From: an uncultured bacterium
GTDB taxonomy: Bacteria > SAR324 > NAC60-12
Reading direction: 5' to 3'
Length of the DNA: 64,000 nucleotides
NCBI GenBank assembly: GCA_965662845.1
Contig: CBFIJD010000003.1
Coordinates: forward strand, 67,427-131,426
The position numbers were made by a program, and so were the translations under genes. The notes under the pieces were generated by a model, which saw only the letters and a program-made list of their open reading frames with translations, searched no databases and was not told where the DNA came from. Below, piece after piece: positions 30,867-40,167 of this stretch. Position 1 is the stretch's first letter. The number at the start of each line of letters is the position of its first letter.

Positions 30867-31544
30867 ATGCAGGTTCAAGAACTTCGGCTACGTGAACAGA
30901 TCATCGAGCAGTGCTTGTGGATGAACCGCTCAGGCTTGAACCAAGGCACGTCGGGGAACATCTCCGTGCGCTACGGCGACCAGATGCTGATCACGCCGAG
31001 TGGGATTCCTTACGCACAGTTGACCCCAGCGATGATTGCGCGGATGCCACTCCACGGACAAGGCGTGTGGGAAGGGCCACAGAAGCCCTCGACAGAATGG
31101 CGCTTTCATATGGGAATTTTGCAGGATCGCGCAGAGCTGCACGCCGTCGTGCACACCCACTCAACGTTTGCGACCACGCTCGCCCTCACCGGGCGCGAGA
31201 TTCCCGCGTGTCACTACATGATCGCCGCGTTTGGAGGACCCAACATTCGCTGTGCGCCCTACTCCCGCTACGGCACGGAGCAGCTTGCCCAAGATGTCGT
31301 CCTCGCGATGAGAGACCGCAGCGGCTGCATTCTACAGAATCACGGGATGGTCACGGCAGGCCCAACGCTTGAGAAGGCGATGTGGTTCGCCGTCGAGCTC
31401 GAAACTCTCGCCAAGCAGTATTATCACTCGCTGCTGATCGGTGGTCCCCAAATCCTCAGCGATGCGCAAATCCAAGAGACCTTGGAGAGCTTCGAGACCT
31501 ACGGGTTACAAATGGTCGAGGTCCAGCCCGACGACGTAGCCTAG
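30867..31544 (+). CDS. Class II aldolase (FucA/Ald2/DrdA-like; probable methylthio- or 5-deoxy-ribulose-1-P aldolase)
   Basis: GTSGNIS, ITPSG, PSTEWRFH, HTHS, NHG zinc-binding motifs. Confidence 0.88.
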   Translation: MQVQELRLREQIIEQCLWMNRSGLNQGTSGNISVRYGDQMLITPSGIPYAQLTPAMIARMPLHGQGVWEGPQKPSTEWRFHMGILQDRAELHAVVHTHSTFATTLALTGREIPACHYMIAAFGGPNIRCAPYSRYGTEQLAQDVVLAMRDRSGCILQNHGMVTAGPTLEKAMWFAVELETLAKQYYHSLLIGGPQILSDAQIQETLESFETYGLQMVEVQPDDVA

Positions 31545-31597
31545 CGACCGTCACCTCATGTCCTGATCTTGCTTTCTCCCGCATTGATAGAGATTCC

Positions 31598-32242
31598 ATG
31601 CACAACCCCACAGCGATGCTCCTAGCAGACTGGCTCACCCCACCTCTCTTGCCCGTGCTGCGCGGGATCTCTCCGACAGAAGCCATCGCCGTCGGTGAGG
31701 TGCTGGTCGCTGCAGGGCTACGTGTTTTGGAGGTGACCTTGAACTCACCAGAGCCCTTGGCGAGCATCCAGCTGCTCTCAGAGCACTTTGGCGCCGACGC
31801 GCTTGTGGGCGCAGGAACCGTGCTGCACGCCGCAGAGGTGGCGCAAGTGCAGGACGCCGGCGGGCAATTCATCGTCGCACCCAATTTCAACGCGGAGGTC
31901 GTCCACGCGACCAAACAGGCAGGGCTGCTCTCGATTCCCGGCGTCTTCACGCCGACAGAGGCCTTCCACGCGTTGGCCGCTGGGGCCGACGCGCTCAAGC
32001 TCTTCCCCGGCGACGCGCTCAGCCCCAAGGTCTGCAAAGCGCTGCGAGCGGTGCTTCCCTCCAACACCACCTTGATCGTCACCGGCGGCGTCAACGCAGA
32101 GAACCTCTCGCAGTTTTTAGCGGTCACCGACGCCGTTGGGATTGGCGCGGCGCTCTATGCTCCGGGCAGATCGCCCGCACAAGTCGCCGCCGCTGCGCAG
32201 ACCTTCTTGCAAGCTCTCCCCCCCACGGCGCCCAATGCCTGA
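31598..32242 (+). CDS. dgoA: 2-dehydro-3-deoxy-6-phosphogalactonate/KDPG aldolase family
   Basis: VLRGI, EVTLNSPEP, GAGTV, TPTEAF, LKLFP, TGGV. Confidence 0.85.
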   Translation: MHNPTAMLLADWLTPPLLPVLRGISPTEAIAVGEVLVAAGLRVLEVTLNSPEPLASIQLLSEHFGADALVGAGTVLHAAEVAQVQDAGGQFIVAPNFNAEVVHATKQAGLLSIPGVFTPTEAFHALAAGADALKLFPGDALSPKVCKALRAVLPSNTTLIVTGGVNAENLSQFLAVTDAVGIGAALYAPGRSPAQVAAAAQTFLQALPPTAPNA

Positions 32243-33149
32243 GATCTTCTGTCTCGGAGAACCCCTCCTAGAGTTCAACGAAGAGTCCACAGGGACCTTC
32301 CGACAGCACTTCGGCGGAGACGTCTCAAATGTCGCGGTCGCGATTGCGCGGCAAGAGGGTTCTGCCGGAATGCTGACGAGAGTGGGCAACGACTCTTTTG
32401 CTGAGGCGCTGCTGCAGCTGTGGGCTCGCGAAGGCGTCGATGCCTCGTGGATCGTGCGAGATGAGGCCCCAACTGGGATCTATTTTGTGGAGCACCGCGC
32501 CGAGGGGCATGTCTTCAGCTACCGACGGGCGGGATCCGCGTCGAGCCGCTTGCGAACCTCAGACCTACCGTTCTCCGCCCTCCAGAGCGCCAAGTTGCTG
32601 CATGCCTCTGGCATCTCCCTCGCGATCAGCGACTCCGCCTGTGACGCGACCTTAGCCGCCATGCAGACGGCGCGCGCGTCTGGAGTGACGGTCTCGTTTG
32701 ACACCAATCTGCGCTTGAAGCTGTGGCCACTGGAACGCGCCCGCGCCTTGATTCATCAAGCGGTTGCGCTGAGTGAGATCGTCTTGCCTGGGCTGGACGA
32801 CGCCCAACAGCTCACCGGGCTCAGTGACCCTCACGCCATCGCAGACTTCTACTTGCGCTTGGGGCCTCGCATCGTCGCTCTGTCGCTGGGTTCTGAGGGG
32901 GTGTTCGTGAAAATCGCTGCCGGCGAGAGCCGACACCTGCCGGGCTACGTCGTGGACGTGCGAGACGCCACCGGCGCGGGGGATTGCTTCGACGGCGCGT
33001 TTCTGACGGAGTGGCTGCGCACAGGAGACGTCTTCACCGCTGCTCACTACGCCAACGCAGCCGCCGCGCTCTCTGTCCAAAGGTATGGAGCGGTCGCTTC
33101 GTTGCCAACCCGCGCCACAACCTGCGCAATGCTAGCAGCGGGCACATGA
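32235..33149 (+). CDS. kdgK: 2-keto-3-deoxygluconate kinase (PfkB family)
   Basis: GEPLLE, FGGDVSN, TGIYF, YRRAGSAS, FDTNLRLKLW, DATGAGDCF. Confidence 0.88.
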   Translation: MPEIFCLGEPLLEFNEESTGTFRQHFGGDVSNVAVAIARQEGSAGMLTRVGNDSFAEALLQLWAREGVDASWIVRDEAPTGIYFVEHRAEGHVFSYRRAGSASSRLRTSDLPFSALQSAKLLHASGISLAISDSACDATLAAMQTARASGVTVSFDTNLRLKLWPLERARALIHQAVALSEIVLPGLDDAQQLTGLSDPHAIADFYLRLGPRIVALSLGSEGVFVKIAAGESRHLPGYVVDVRDATGAGDCFDGAFLTEWLRTGDVFTAAHYANAAAALSVQRYGAVASLPTRATTCAMLAAGT

Positions 33150-34300
33150 GTCGCTCGCTCCACGCTTTGCGCTCCGCGCTAGGAGACGCTACGTCAAGAC
33201 AGCTGCCAGGGCTGGGACTCGCGGTCGGTATCGCCGTGGTCAGCGGGCTGCTCAGTACGTTGTTGGGAGAAGCGCTGCTCGGATTCGACAAGTCTCCCGT
33301 CTCACCTGTGATGCTCGCGATTGTGAGCGGGATGTGGATACGCAACCGCTTTGCGCTGTCGTCGTCGGTGCTGGTTGGGGTTCAGTTTGCGATGAAGCGG
33401 CTGCTGATCGTGGGGATTGTGCTGCTCGGGAGCCAACTCAGCGTGAGGGACATCTGGTCGATTGGGGTGGTGGGCTTGCCCATTGTGGCGGGCTGTATTT
33501 TAGGAGCGATCGGTTGCACGGCGCTGCTGTCTTCACTCTTGAAGCTGCCGAGCAAACTAGCCGCGCTGATCGCGGTGGGGACCTCTATTTGTGGCGTGAC
33601 GGCGATCGTCGCGACGGGCCCAGCGATTCAGGCCAAGAAAGAAGAGATCGCCTATGCGGTCTCCGTGATTACCATCTTTGGGCTGTTCTCGACCGTGGCG
33701 TATCCTTACCTAGCGCATTGGCTGTTTCAGGGAGAGGCCACGCAGGTCGGGTTGTTTTTGGGGACCGCCGTGCATGACACCGCGCAAGTGACGGGCGCCG
33801 CGCTGCTCTTCGCGGATGTCTTTGGCAAACCGGAAGCGCTGAACACCGCGGTTGTGACCAAGCTGGTGCGCAATTTGAGCATGGTCTTGCTGATTCCAGC
33901 GATCAGCTACGCGTTTGCGCGGCAGGACGCTGCGCTTCGAGTGGACGCAGCGGGCACCGGCTCCTCTTGGCGGGAGCGGACGCTGCGCTTCGTGCCCACA
34001 TTTCTCTTGTGGTTCTTGGGGCTCGCGTTGGTGCGCTCTCTGGGCGACACCTCTCTCGCTTGGTGGGGAACTGTGTTTGGCATCCTCTCCGAGCAGACGT
34101 GGCAGGCTGGGCTGATGCACCTGAAAAGCGTGGCGGGGTGGCTCATGGTGATCGCCCTCGCCGGCGTGGGTCTCAACACCGATGTTCACGCGCTGCGGCG
34201 GCTGGGCTGGAAGCCTCTTGGGATCGGCTTCGTGGCGGCAACGACGGTCGGTATCTTGAGCTACAGCTTGATCCAGTGGCTGGTCGGGAGCCCGAGCTAG
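33146..34300 (+). CDS. YeiH family (putative sulfate/sulfite exporter) membrane protein
   Basis: GTSICGVTAI, GTAVHDTAQV, TKLVRN, ALAGVGL. Confidence 0.9.
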   Translation: MSRSLHALRSALGDATSRQLPGLGLAVGIAVVSGLLSTLLGEALLGFDKSPVSPVMLAIVSGMWIRNRFALSSSVLVGVQFAMKRLLIVGIVLLGSQLSVRDIWSIGVVGLPIVAGCILGAIGCTALLSSLLKLPSKLAALIAVGTSICGVTAIVATGPAIQAKKEEIAYAVSVITIFGLFSTVAYPYLAHWLFQGEATQVGLFLGTAVHDTAQVTGAALLFADVFGKPEALNTAVVTKLVRNLSMVLLIPAISYAFARQDAALRVDAAGTGSSWRERTLRFVPTFLLWFLGLALVRSLGDTSLAWWGTVFGILSEQTWQAGLMHLKSVAGWLMVIALAGVGLNTDVHALRRLGWKPLGIGFVAATTVGILSYSLIQWLVGSPS

Positions 34301-35772
34301 GTCGGCGCTAACACGGCTTGCACCCCTCCGAGGGTCAGCGCTCGCAAATGGGCTGTGAGCGCCTCCGCCACAGCGTGGTCTTGCGCCAAATCCTCGCCAA
34401 AGATCTCCTTGACTTGCAACAGCTGCTGCACATAAGCGGCGGCGTGTTCGGCCGTTAGCGTCGCTGCGGTTTTGAAGCCCGAGGCCTCGGCAAGGGCGAG
34501 CAGCTTCGGGGCGAGAGGATCGTTGACCTCAAAGCGCGCTCCGCGCTCAGAGACTCCGGTGACAAAACGCATCCAGCCTGCGATCGCTAGCAGAATGCGT
34601 GACGGCAGCTGGGCTCGTTCTCGGTAGAAGCGCAGCGTCTCCAGCAGGCGTGGAGGCATTTTTTGCGAACCATCTGTGGCGATTTGATACAGGCGATACT
34701 TCACCGCTTGGTTCTGGTAGCGAGCGAGCAACGCCTCGGCGTAGGCGTTCAAGTCCGTCTCGGCAGGCGTGGAGAGCGTCGGGATGATCTCCTCGCGCCA
34801 CATCTCCTGCAGCAAGCGGACAAACTCCGGTTGCGCTGCCGCTTCATAGACAAACTCGTGCCCTGCCAAAAACCCCAAATACGCGAGCGTGGAGTGCGTC
34901 CCGTTGAGCATTCTCAGCTTCATTTGTTCAAAGGGGCGGACGTCAGAGACCATTTCGACACCGACGTCGCCCCACGCAGGGCGGCCTTGCGGGAAGCGAT
35001 CTTCCAAGACCCACTGGGTGAAGGGCTCCGCGACGACGCAGCCATCGTCCTTGCATCCCAATAAGGCGGCGATGCGGGCTTTGTCGCTCTCGGTCGTTGC
35101 CGGCACAATCCGATCCACCATCGAGCACGGAAACGCGACCTCGGTACGAATCCAAGCGGCGAGCGCAGCCTCTCTCAGAGCAGCGAACTCCACGACCAAA
35201 CTGCGCAACAAGGCCCCGTTCTCCGAGAGGTTGTCGCAGGAGACGACCGTAAACGGTGGCGTGCCGTCTCCGTTGCGCAGGCGCAAGGCTTCGGTCAAAA
35301 ACCCCAGCACGGTCTTTGGCTGGGAAGGGTTCGCGAGGTCATGCTGCACGTCTGGGTGCTGCTGGTTCAGTCGCCCTGTCGCGGGGTCGTGGCAGTAGCC
35401 TTTTTCGGTCACGGTCAGCGAGACAATCTTGGTGTGCGGATGCGTCATCCGCGCGAGGACGTCTTCGCGCTGCTCTGGGGCAAACAGCACTTCTTTGACC
35501 GCGCCCAGCACCTGCACCTGACTCGACGGCTCCTCTAGCACTTGCAGCGTGTACAGTCCCTGTTGGGGTTGAAGCTGCTCTCGCACCGCCGCGCTCCGCA
35601 AACTCACGCCACAGATCCCCCAGTCTCCTACTTCGCGTGCGAGCGAGCGATCGGTATAGAACGCCTGATGCGCGCGGTGAAAGGCTCCAATCCCCAAGTG
35701 GACAATGCCAATCTTCAGGCTGTCGCGGTGGTAGCGCTGGTCGAAATGAGCTGCGAGAGAAGGCTGTGGCAT
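34297..35772 (-). CDS. uxuB: Mannitol dehydrogenase family protein (D-mannonate oxidoreductase/fructuronate reductase)
   Basis: GIVHLGIGAFHRAHQA, SLTVTEKGY, SCDNL, MVDRIVP, KLRMLNGTHS, IATDGSQK. Confidence 0.88.
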   Translation of the reverse strand: MPQPSLAAHFDQRYHRDSLKIGIVHLGIGAFHRAHQAFYTDRSLAREVGDWGICGVSLRSAAVREQLQPQQGLYTLQVLEEPSSQVQVLGAVKEVLFAPEQREDVLARMTHPHTKIVSLTVTEKGYCHDPATGRLNQQHPDVQHDLANPSQPKTVLGFLTEALRLRNGDGTPPFTVVSCDNLSENGALLRSLVVEFAALREAALAAWIRTEVAFPCSMVDRIVPATTESDKARIAALLGCKDDGCVVAEPFTQWVLEDRFPQGRPAWGDVGVEMVSDVRPFEQMKLRMLNGTHSTLAYLGFLAGHEFVYEAAAQPEFVRLLQEMWREEIIPTLSTPAETDLNAYAEALLARYQNQAVKYRLYQIATDGSQKMPPRLLETLRFYRERAQLPSRILLAIAGWMRFVTGVSERGARFEVNDPLAPKLLALAEASGFKTAATLTAEHAAAYVQQLLQVKEIFGEDLAQDHAVAEALTAHLRALTLGGVQAVLAPT

Positions 35773-35803
35773 AGGAGAACTCAATGAGTGAGAGCGGGCC
35801 GCG

Positions 35804-36967
35804 TTAGAAAGATTGGCTCATGTCGGCCGCGGGGGCTGCGTCAGCTTGAACCGCGCCGGTGTAACGACTGGAGGCAATACGGGCTTCCAGATGTGACCAA
35901 TATTCTTGCCCGTCGATGGGGACCTCTACCGCCCGTTGCGCAAAGGTTGAGAGCAGCATCGCGTTCGCCAGCTCTACGCTGTGGATGCCTTCTGCTGCAG
36001 GCGCCAACAACTCTTCGTTCTGCAGAATACAGCGCGCGAAGTTTTGCAGGATGCCTACATGTTGGAGACCTCGATCTGTCAGGGGCAGCTCCACGAGTTC
36101 GGTGTCTGGCTTGCCGAAAGGGTTCTCAGACGTCCGGCAAAACTCTGTGGCGTTCACTTGATTGCGCCGCCAGTGAAGCCCTTGGTCGTCCACGATCAGG
36201 TGCCCAAGCTCCCCGACGATCTCGAGTCGGTTGGTGCCGGGGGCTTCCCCGGTTGTGGTCACAAAGCTCCCCGTCGCGCCGTTGTCGTAGATCAACAGCG
36301 CCGTCACGTCGTCTTCGACCTCGATGTCATGCCACTGTCCGAAACGACAGTGCGCCCACACGGTCTTGGGGGAGCCAAACAACCACCACAGCAGATCTAG
36401 TTGGTGCGGGCATTGATTCAGCAGCACACCGCCGCCCTCGCCGCGCCAGGTCGCTCGCCAGCCGCCGCTCTGATAATACGCATCGGTACGGAACCAATCG
36501 GTGATCACCCAGTTGATGCGGCGCAGCTCGCCGAGTTCTCCTGCTTGCAGCATCCGTCGCACGGCCTGATAGCGAGGATCGGTGCGTTGGTTGAACATCG
36601 CGGCGACCACTTGTTCTGAGCGTGGGCGTTGCTCGATGGCGTGGAGCAGACGCGCTGCGTCGGCCTTGTGCACTGCGATGGGCTTCTCGATGAGCAGGTG
36701 TTTGCCCGCCTTGAGCACGATTTCGCTCAAGGGCACATGATCGAAGTGGGGAGTCGCGATCAGCACCGCGTCTACGTGGTCTGCCTCGATCAGGCGTTGG
36801 GGGTCATGGAAGCTCTGGACGCTTGCGGGCAGGCTCTCCAAGCGCCTGGGGTTTCGATCGCTCACTGCGGTCACGGTCATCTCGGGGACCTCGCCTGCCA
36901 TCAGTTGTTTCAGGTGCTGGTTCCCCATGTTGCCGAGACCGATTATTCCGAGTCGGACTTGAGACAT
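35804..36967 (-). CDS. Gfo/Idh/MocA family oxidoreductase
   Basis: GIIGLGNMG, ATPHFDH, EKP, WRATWRGEGGGVLLNQCPHQLD. Confidence 0.93.
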   Translation of the reverse strand: MSQVRLGIIGLGNMGNQHLKQLMAGEVPEMTVTAVSDRNPRRLESLPASVQSFHDPQRLIEADHVDAVLIATPHFDHVPLSEIVLKAGKHLLIEKPIAVHKADAARLLHAIEQRPRSEQVVAAMFNQRTDPRYQAVRRMLQAGELGELRRINWVITDWFRTDAYYQSGGWRATWRGEGGGVLLNQCPHQLDLLWWLFGSPKTVWAHCRFGQWHDIEVEDDVTALLIYDNGATGSFVTTTGEAPGTNRLEIVGELGHLIVDDQGLHWRRNQVNATEFCRTSENPFGKPDTELVELPLTDRGLQHVGILQNFARCILQNEELLAPAAEGIHSVELANAMLLSTFAQRAVEVPIDGQEYWSHLEARIASSRYTGAVQADAAPAADMSQSF

Positions 36968-36995
36968 GCTGTACTCCGAGTTGCGCCAAGTTTGG

Positions 36996-38015
36996 TTAGG
37001 AGAGGTTCCCCACGCGAGCCGCTTTGGCCTGTGCTTGCAGGGCTAGCTCCATGACCAAGAAGCAGTGCGACTGCGGCATCGCGTTCTCGGTGCGATTGCG
37101 GACATCGTGCATGAGGTTTTCAAAGTAAGGCAACGGCGCCTGCGAGCCGTCGATATATTCGCAGCGGTCTTTGTTGACCAAGAAGAGGTGATCGGTGCCG
37201 GCACGCCCAGCCACATCGACATACTTCCGCAGCTCCAAGGTGCCTTCAGTACCTAAGATGGTGAGGCGCCCGTCTCCCCACGTCGGCAGCGCGTCGGGCG
37301 TGTACCAGTCCACACGGATGTAGCCTTGGCCTTGGGGGCTACGCAGCACAATCTCCCCAAAATCTTGTAGTCCCTGGTCCTTGGGGTTGGCGAAGTTCCC
37401 CACGCTGGCGTAGGCGATCTCCGCTTCGGTGGAACCTGTGAAGAATAAGAACTGGTCAATCTGATGCGAGGCGATATCTACCAAAATGCCGCCGTACTGC
37501 TCTTCTTCAAAAAACCAGTCGGGGCGCAGGTGTCGGTTCAAGCGATGCGGCCCCAGCCCTACAGTTTGCACGACTCTCCCGAGGGCACCGCTCTGGATCA
37601 GCTCGGTAGCTTTACTCACCGCAGGGACTTCAAACCGTTCAGAGAAGTCAATCGACCAGATTCGCCCAGTCTCGGCGACGCAAGCTCTCAGCTCCTTGAG
37701 CTGAGCTAAAGTGGTGCAGCCCGGCTTGTCGGTCATCACGTCTTTGCCAGCGCGCATGGCTTCTAGCGCGCGCGCAGCTCTCCGCGCTGGGATGTCAGCC
37801 AGCAGGATCAGGTCAATGTCAGGGTCGTCGAGCAGCGTCCGCCGATCGTCCACACGCGGGATGTCCGGGAAGCGCTTGACGAAGCCTTCTACGGGCTGCG
37901 GCTCTCCTTCGGTCCACCAGCCTTTGCAGGTGCAGCCGAGCTTCTGCATGCCTTCGAGCTGTCCAAAAATATGGCGATGGTCAACGCCGATTACGCCCAG
38001 AGTCAACGGTTGCAT
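36996..38015 (-). CDS. Gfo/Idh/MocA family oxidoreductase (DKP variant)
   Basis: GVDHRHI, DKPG, FSERF, GPHR, YGGILVDIASHQID. Confidence 0.9.
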   Translation of the reverse strand: MQPLTLGVIGVDHRHIFGQLEGMQKLGCTCKGWWTEGEPQPVEGFVKRFPDIPRVDDRRTLLDDPDIDLILLADIPARRAARALEAMRAGKDVMTDKPGCTTLAQLKELRACVAETGRIWSIDFSERFEVPAVSKATELIQSGALGRVVQTVGLGPHRLNRHLRPDWFFEEEQYGGILVDIASHQIDQFLFFTGSTEAEIAYASVGNFANPKDQGLQDFGEIVLRSPQGQGYIRVDWYTPDALPTWGDGRLTILGTEGTLELRKYVDVAGRAGTDHLFLVNKDRCEYIDGSQAPLPYFENLMHDVRNRTENAMPQSHCFLVMELALQAQAKAARVGNLS

Positions 38016-38051
38016 AGGAATCTCAGAAGAGAGGTGAACAAAGCGCACAAG

Positions 38052-39146
38052 CTAGTTGGCGGTCGGGAAGCCATTGACGAGCGCGCGCCCGTCGGCGTCA
38101 AAGATGTGGAGTTGGGAGCGATCTACCGCGAGGTGCAAGACCTCACCGCGTTGCACGGGCAGCTGCCCTACTTGATGCAGGGTGAGCGCGCCAATCTCTT
38201 CTGCTTCACAGTAGAGATAGGTCTCGCCGCCAAGTTGTTCGGTGAGTTCGACCCGCGCCGTGAGGTCTGCCTCGCTCTCGCTGCACAAGCGGAGGTGTTC
38301 GGGGCGAATGCCAAACGTGCACTCTGCGTGGGCGTGGATGTCGGTGTGACGCGGGATCAGGAGCCGGTTGGGCCCCGCGATGAGCGCACACTCCGCGCCG
38401 TGTTGTTCGATGCGCGCAGGGATGAGGTTCATGCGGGGGGAGCCGATGAACCCTGCCACAAACAGATGCTGCGGCTGGTTGTACAGCTCTAGCGGTCGCC
38501 CGGCTTGTTGAATCGAGCCTCCTTGCAGCACCACAATCTGATCGGCCAGCGTCATCGCCTCCGTCTGATCATGGGTCACATAAATCATCGTTCCCCCGAT
38601 CTTCGCGTGCAACGCGGCCAGCTCTTTGCGCATTGCCACACGCAGCTCGGCGTCCAAGTTCGAGAGCGGCTCGTCAAACAGGAAAGCTTTGGGTTCGCGC
38701 ACAATCGCCCGACCAATCGCGACGCGCTGGCGTTGTCCGCCGGAGAGCGCCTTGGGACGACGTTTGAGGTAGTCTGTGATCTGCAACATTTCGGCAGCTT
38801 CGTGCACGCGGCGTTCAATTTCGGGGCGCGGCAGCTTCGCGTTCTCTAGGCCAAAGGCCATGTTCTGATAGACGGTCATGTGTGGATACAGCGCGTATGA
38901 CTGAAAGACCATCGCCAAGCCGCGCTCGGCAGCGGGGACATGGTTCACGATCTGACCATCTAGCTCCAGCGTGCCTGAGCTGATCTCTTCCAACCCTGCG
39001 ATGACGCGCAGCAGCGTGCTCTTGCCACACCCCGATGGCCCCACAAACACCACAAACTCACCGCTGCGGATGTGCAGGTCAATGCCGTGCAGCACCTCCA
39101 ATGTGTCATAGGTTTTACGGATTTGGTTCAGAACGATTTCGGTCAT
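38052..39146 (-). CDS. CUT1 carbohydrate ABC transporter ATPase (MalK/UgpC-like)
   Basis: GPSGCGKST, VFQSYALYPHM, LSGGQRQR, DEPLSNLD, YVTHDQ. Confidence 0.95.
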   Translation of the reverse strand: MTEIVLNQIRKTYDTLEVLHGIDLHIRSGEFVVFVGPSGCGKSTLLRVIAGLEEISSGTLELDGQIVNHVPAAERGLAMVFQSYALYPHMTVYQNMAFGLENAKLPRPEIERRVHEAAEMLQITDYLKRRPKALSGGQRQRVAIGRAIVREPKAFLFDEPLSNLDAELRVAMRKELAALHAKIGGTMIYVTHDQTEAMTLADQIVVLQGGSIQQAGRPLELYNQPQHLFVAGFIGSPRMNLIPARIEQHGAECALIAGPNRLLIPRHTDIHAHAECTFGIRPEHLRLCSESEADLTARVELTEQLGGETYLYCEAEEIGALTLHQVGQLPVQRGEVLHLAVDRSQLHIFDADGRALVNGFPTAN

Positions 39147-39153
39147 GCTCTCC

Positions 39154-40167
39154 TCAGCGGCTGCGCATTTTAGCGGCAAGATGCGGCTCCGCCCGTTGCA
39201 TTTGTAGCGGCGGCAACCCTTGTAAGATCTGGCGAACGTCTCCCAGCATCATCTCTCGGATGCGCGCATAAGACGCCTGGAGGCCCCCAGCGAGGTGCGC
39301 CGAGAAGAGCACATTGGGCGTGTTTCGGCTCGGAGAATCGGCGGGGACTGGCTCTGCTGGAAACACATCAACAGCAGCGCGGAAGCGCCCTGCCGCGGCG
39401 AGGTCGAGAAAATCTTGGAAGTTCACAATCTCAGCGCGGCTCGCTAGCACGACGACCGCATCCGGCTGAATGGTCTCCAGCGCGGCACGGTTGAGGAAGC
39501 CTTCGTTCTCGGTAGTCACGCCGGCCAGCAGAAACAAAAACGTAGGCCGGCACAGCACTTCTGCTAGCGAGACGGGTTCCACACCTTCGGCGCGCAAGTA
39601 GCGGTCTGAGAGCCACGGGTCATGCACCAGCAGCTTCCCGCCAAAAGGGCGCAGCAGCGGCACCAGCGCGCGGCCGAGGTTTCCGTAGCCCAGCAGCCCA
39701 ACCTCCGCCGCGTAGAGACTGTATGCGGTCGCGTTTCCGCCGATGCCATAAGCCTCTTGGTGACTGCGGAACAACGCGTCTGCCCGATGCAGACCGCGCG
39801 CGAGACTGATCGCTTGAGCGAGGCAAAACTCTGCGACGGCAGGAGCCATCGCAGGCGCAGCCGAGAGCACATAGATGCCCCGAGCCTGTGCTTCAGCGTA
39901 GTCAATGTTCGGCTCCCAGTTCGCTTTGACGTTGAGAATCGCGCGGAGTTGGGGCGCGCGCTCGAAGCGGTCGCGTGGCATCGCCGTCTGACCAATCAGA
40001 ATCTGCACTTCTGGCAACATCTCTTCAACCAGGTCCTCTGGCGCACGGGAACCGAAGTGCGCCACGACTCGCCCTAAAGCTGCGAGCTCAGCGGCGGCTT
40101 CCGGCGTGTACACCATCGCCTCAGTGCGCGGGAACGGGTCCAGAAAGATGAGCGGCTGGGGAGTCAT
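39154..40167 (-). CDS. D-isomer-specific 2-hydroxyacid dehydrogenase family protein
   Basis: GYGNLG, HDPW, ASRA, DVFPAEP, SAHLAG. Confidence 0.88.
   Translation of the reverse strand: MTPQPLIFLDPFPRTEAMVYTPEAAAELAALGRVVAHFGSRAPEDLVEEMLPEVQILIGQTAMPRDRFERAPQLRAILNVKANWEPNIDYAEAQARGIYVLSAAPAMAPAVAEFCLAQAISLARGLHRADALFRSHQEAYGIGGNATAYSLYAAEVGLLGYGNLGRALVPLLRPFGGKLLVHDPWLSDRYLRAEGVEPVSLAEVLCRPTFLFLLAGVTTENEGFLNRAALETIQPDAVVVLASRAEIVNFQDFLDLAAAGRFRAAVDVFPAEPVPADSPSRNTPNVLFSAHLAGGLQASYARIREMMLGDVRQILQGLPPLQMQRAEPHLAAKMRSR

Noticed and set aside
30867..31544. mtnB dehydratase of the canonical methionine salvage pathway
   Set aside because: The sequence looks FucA/Ald2-like and mtnC/mtnX/mtnD are absent; not fully excluded without a phylogeny.
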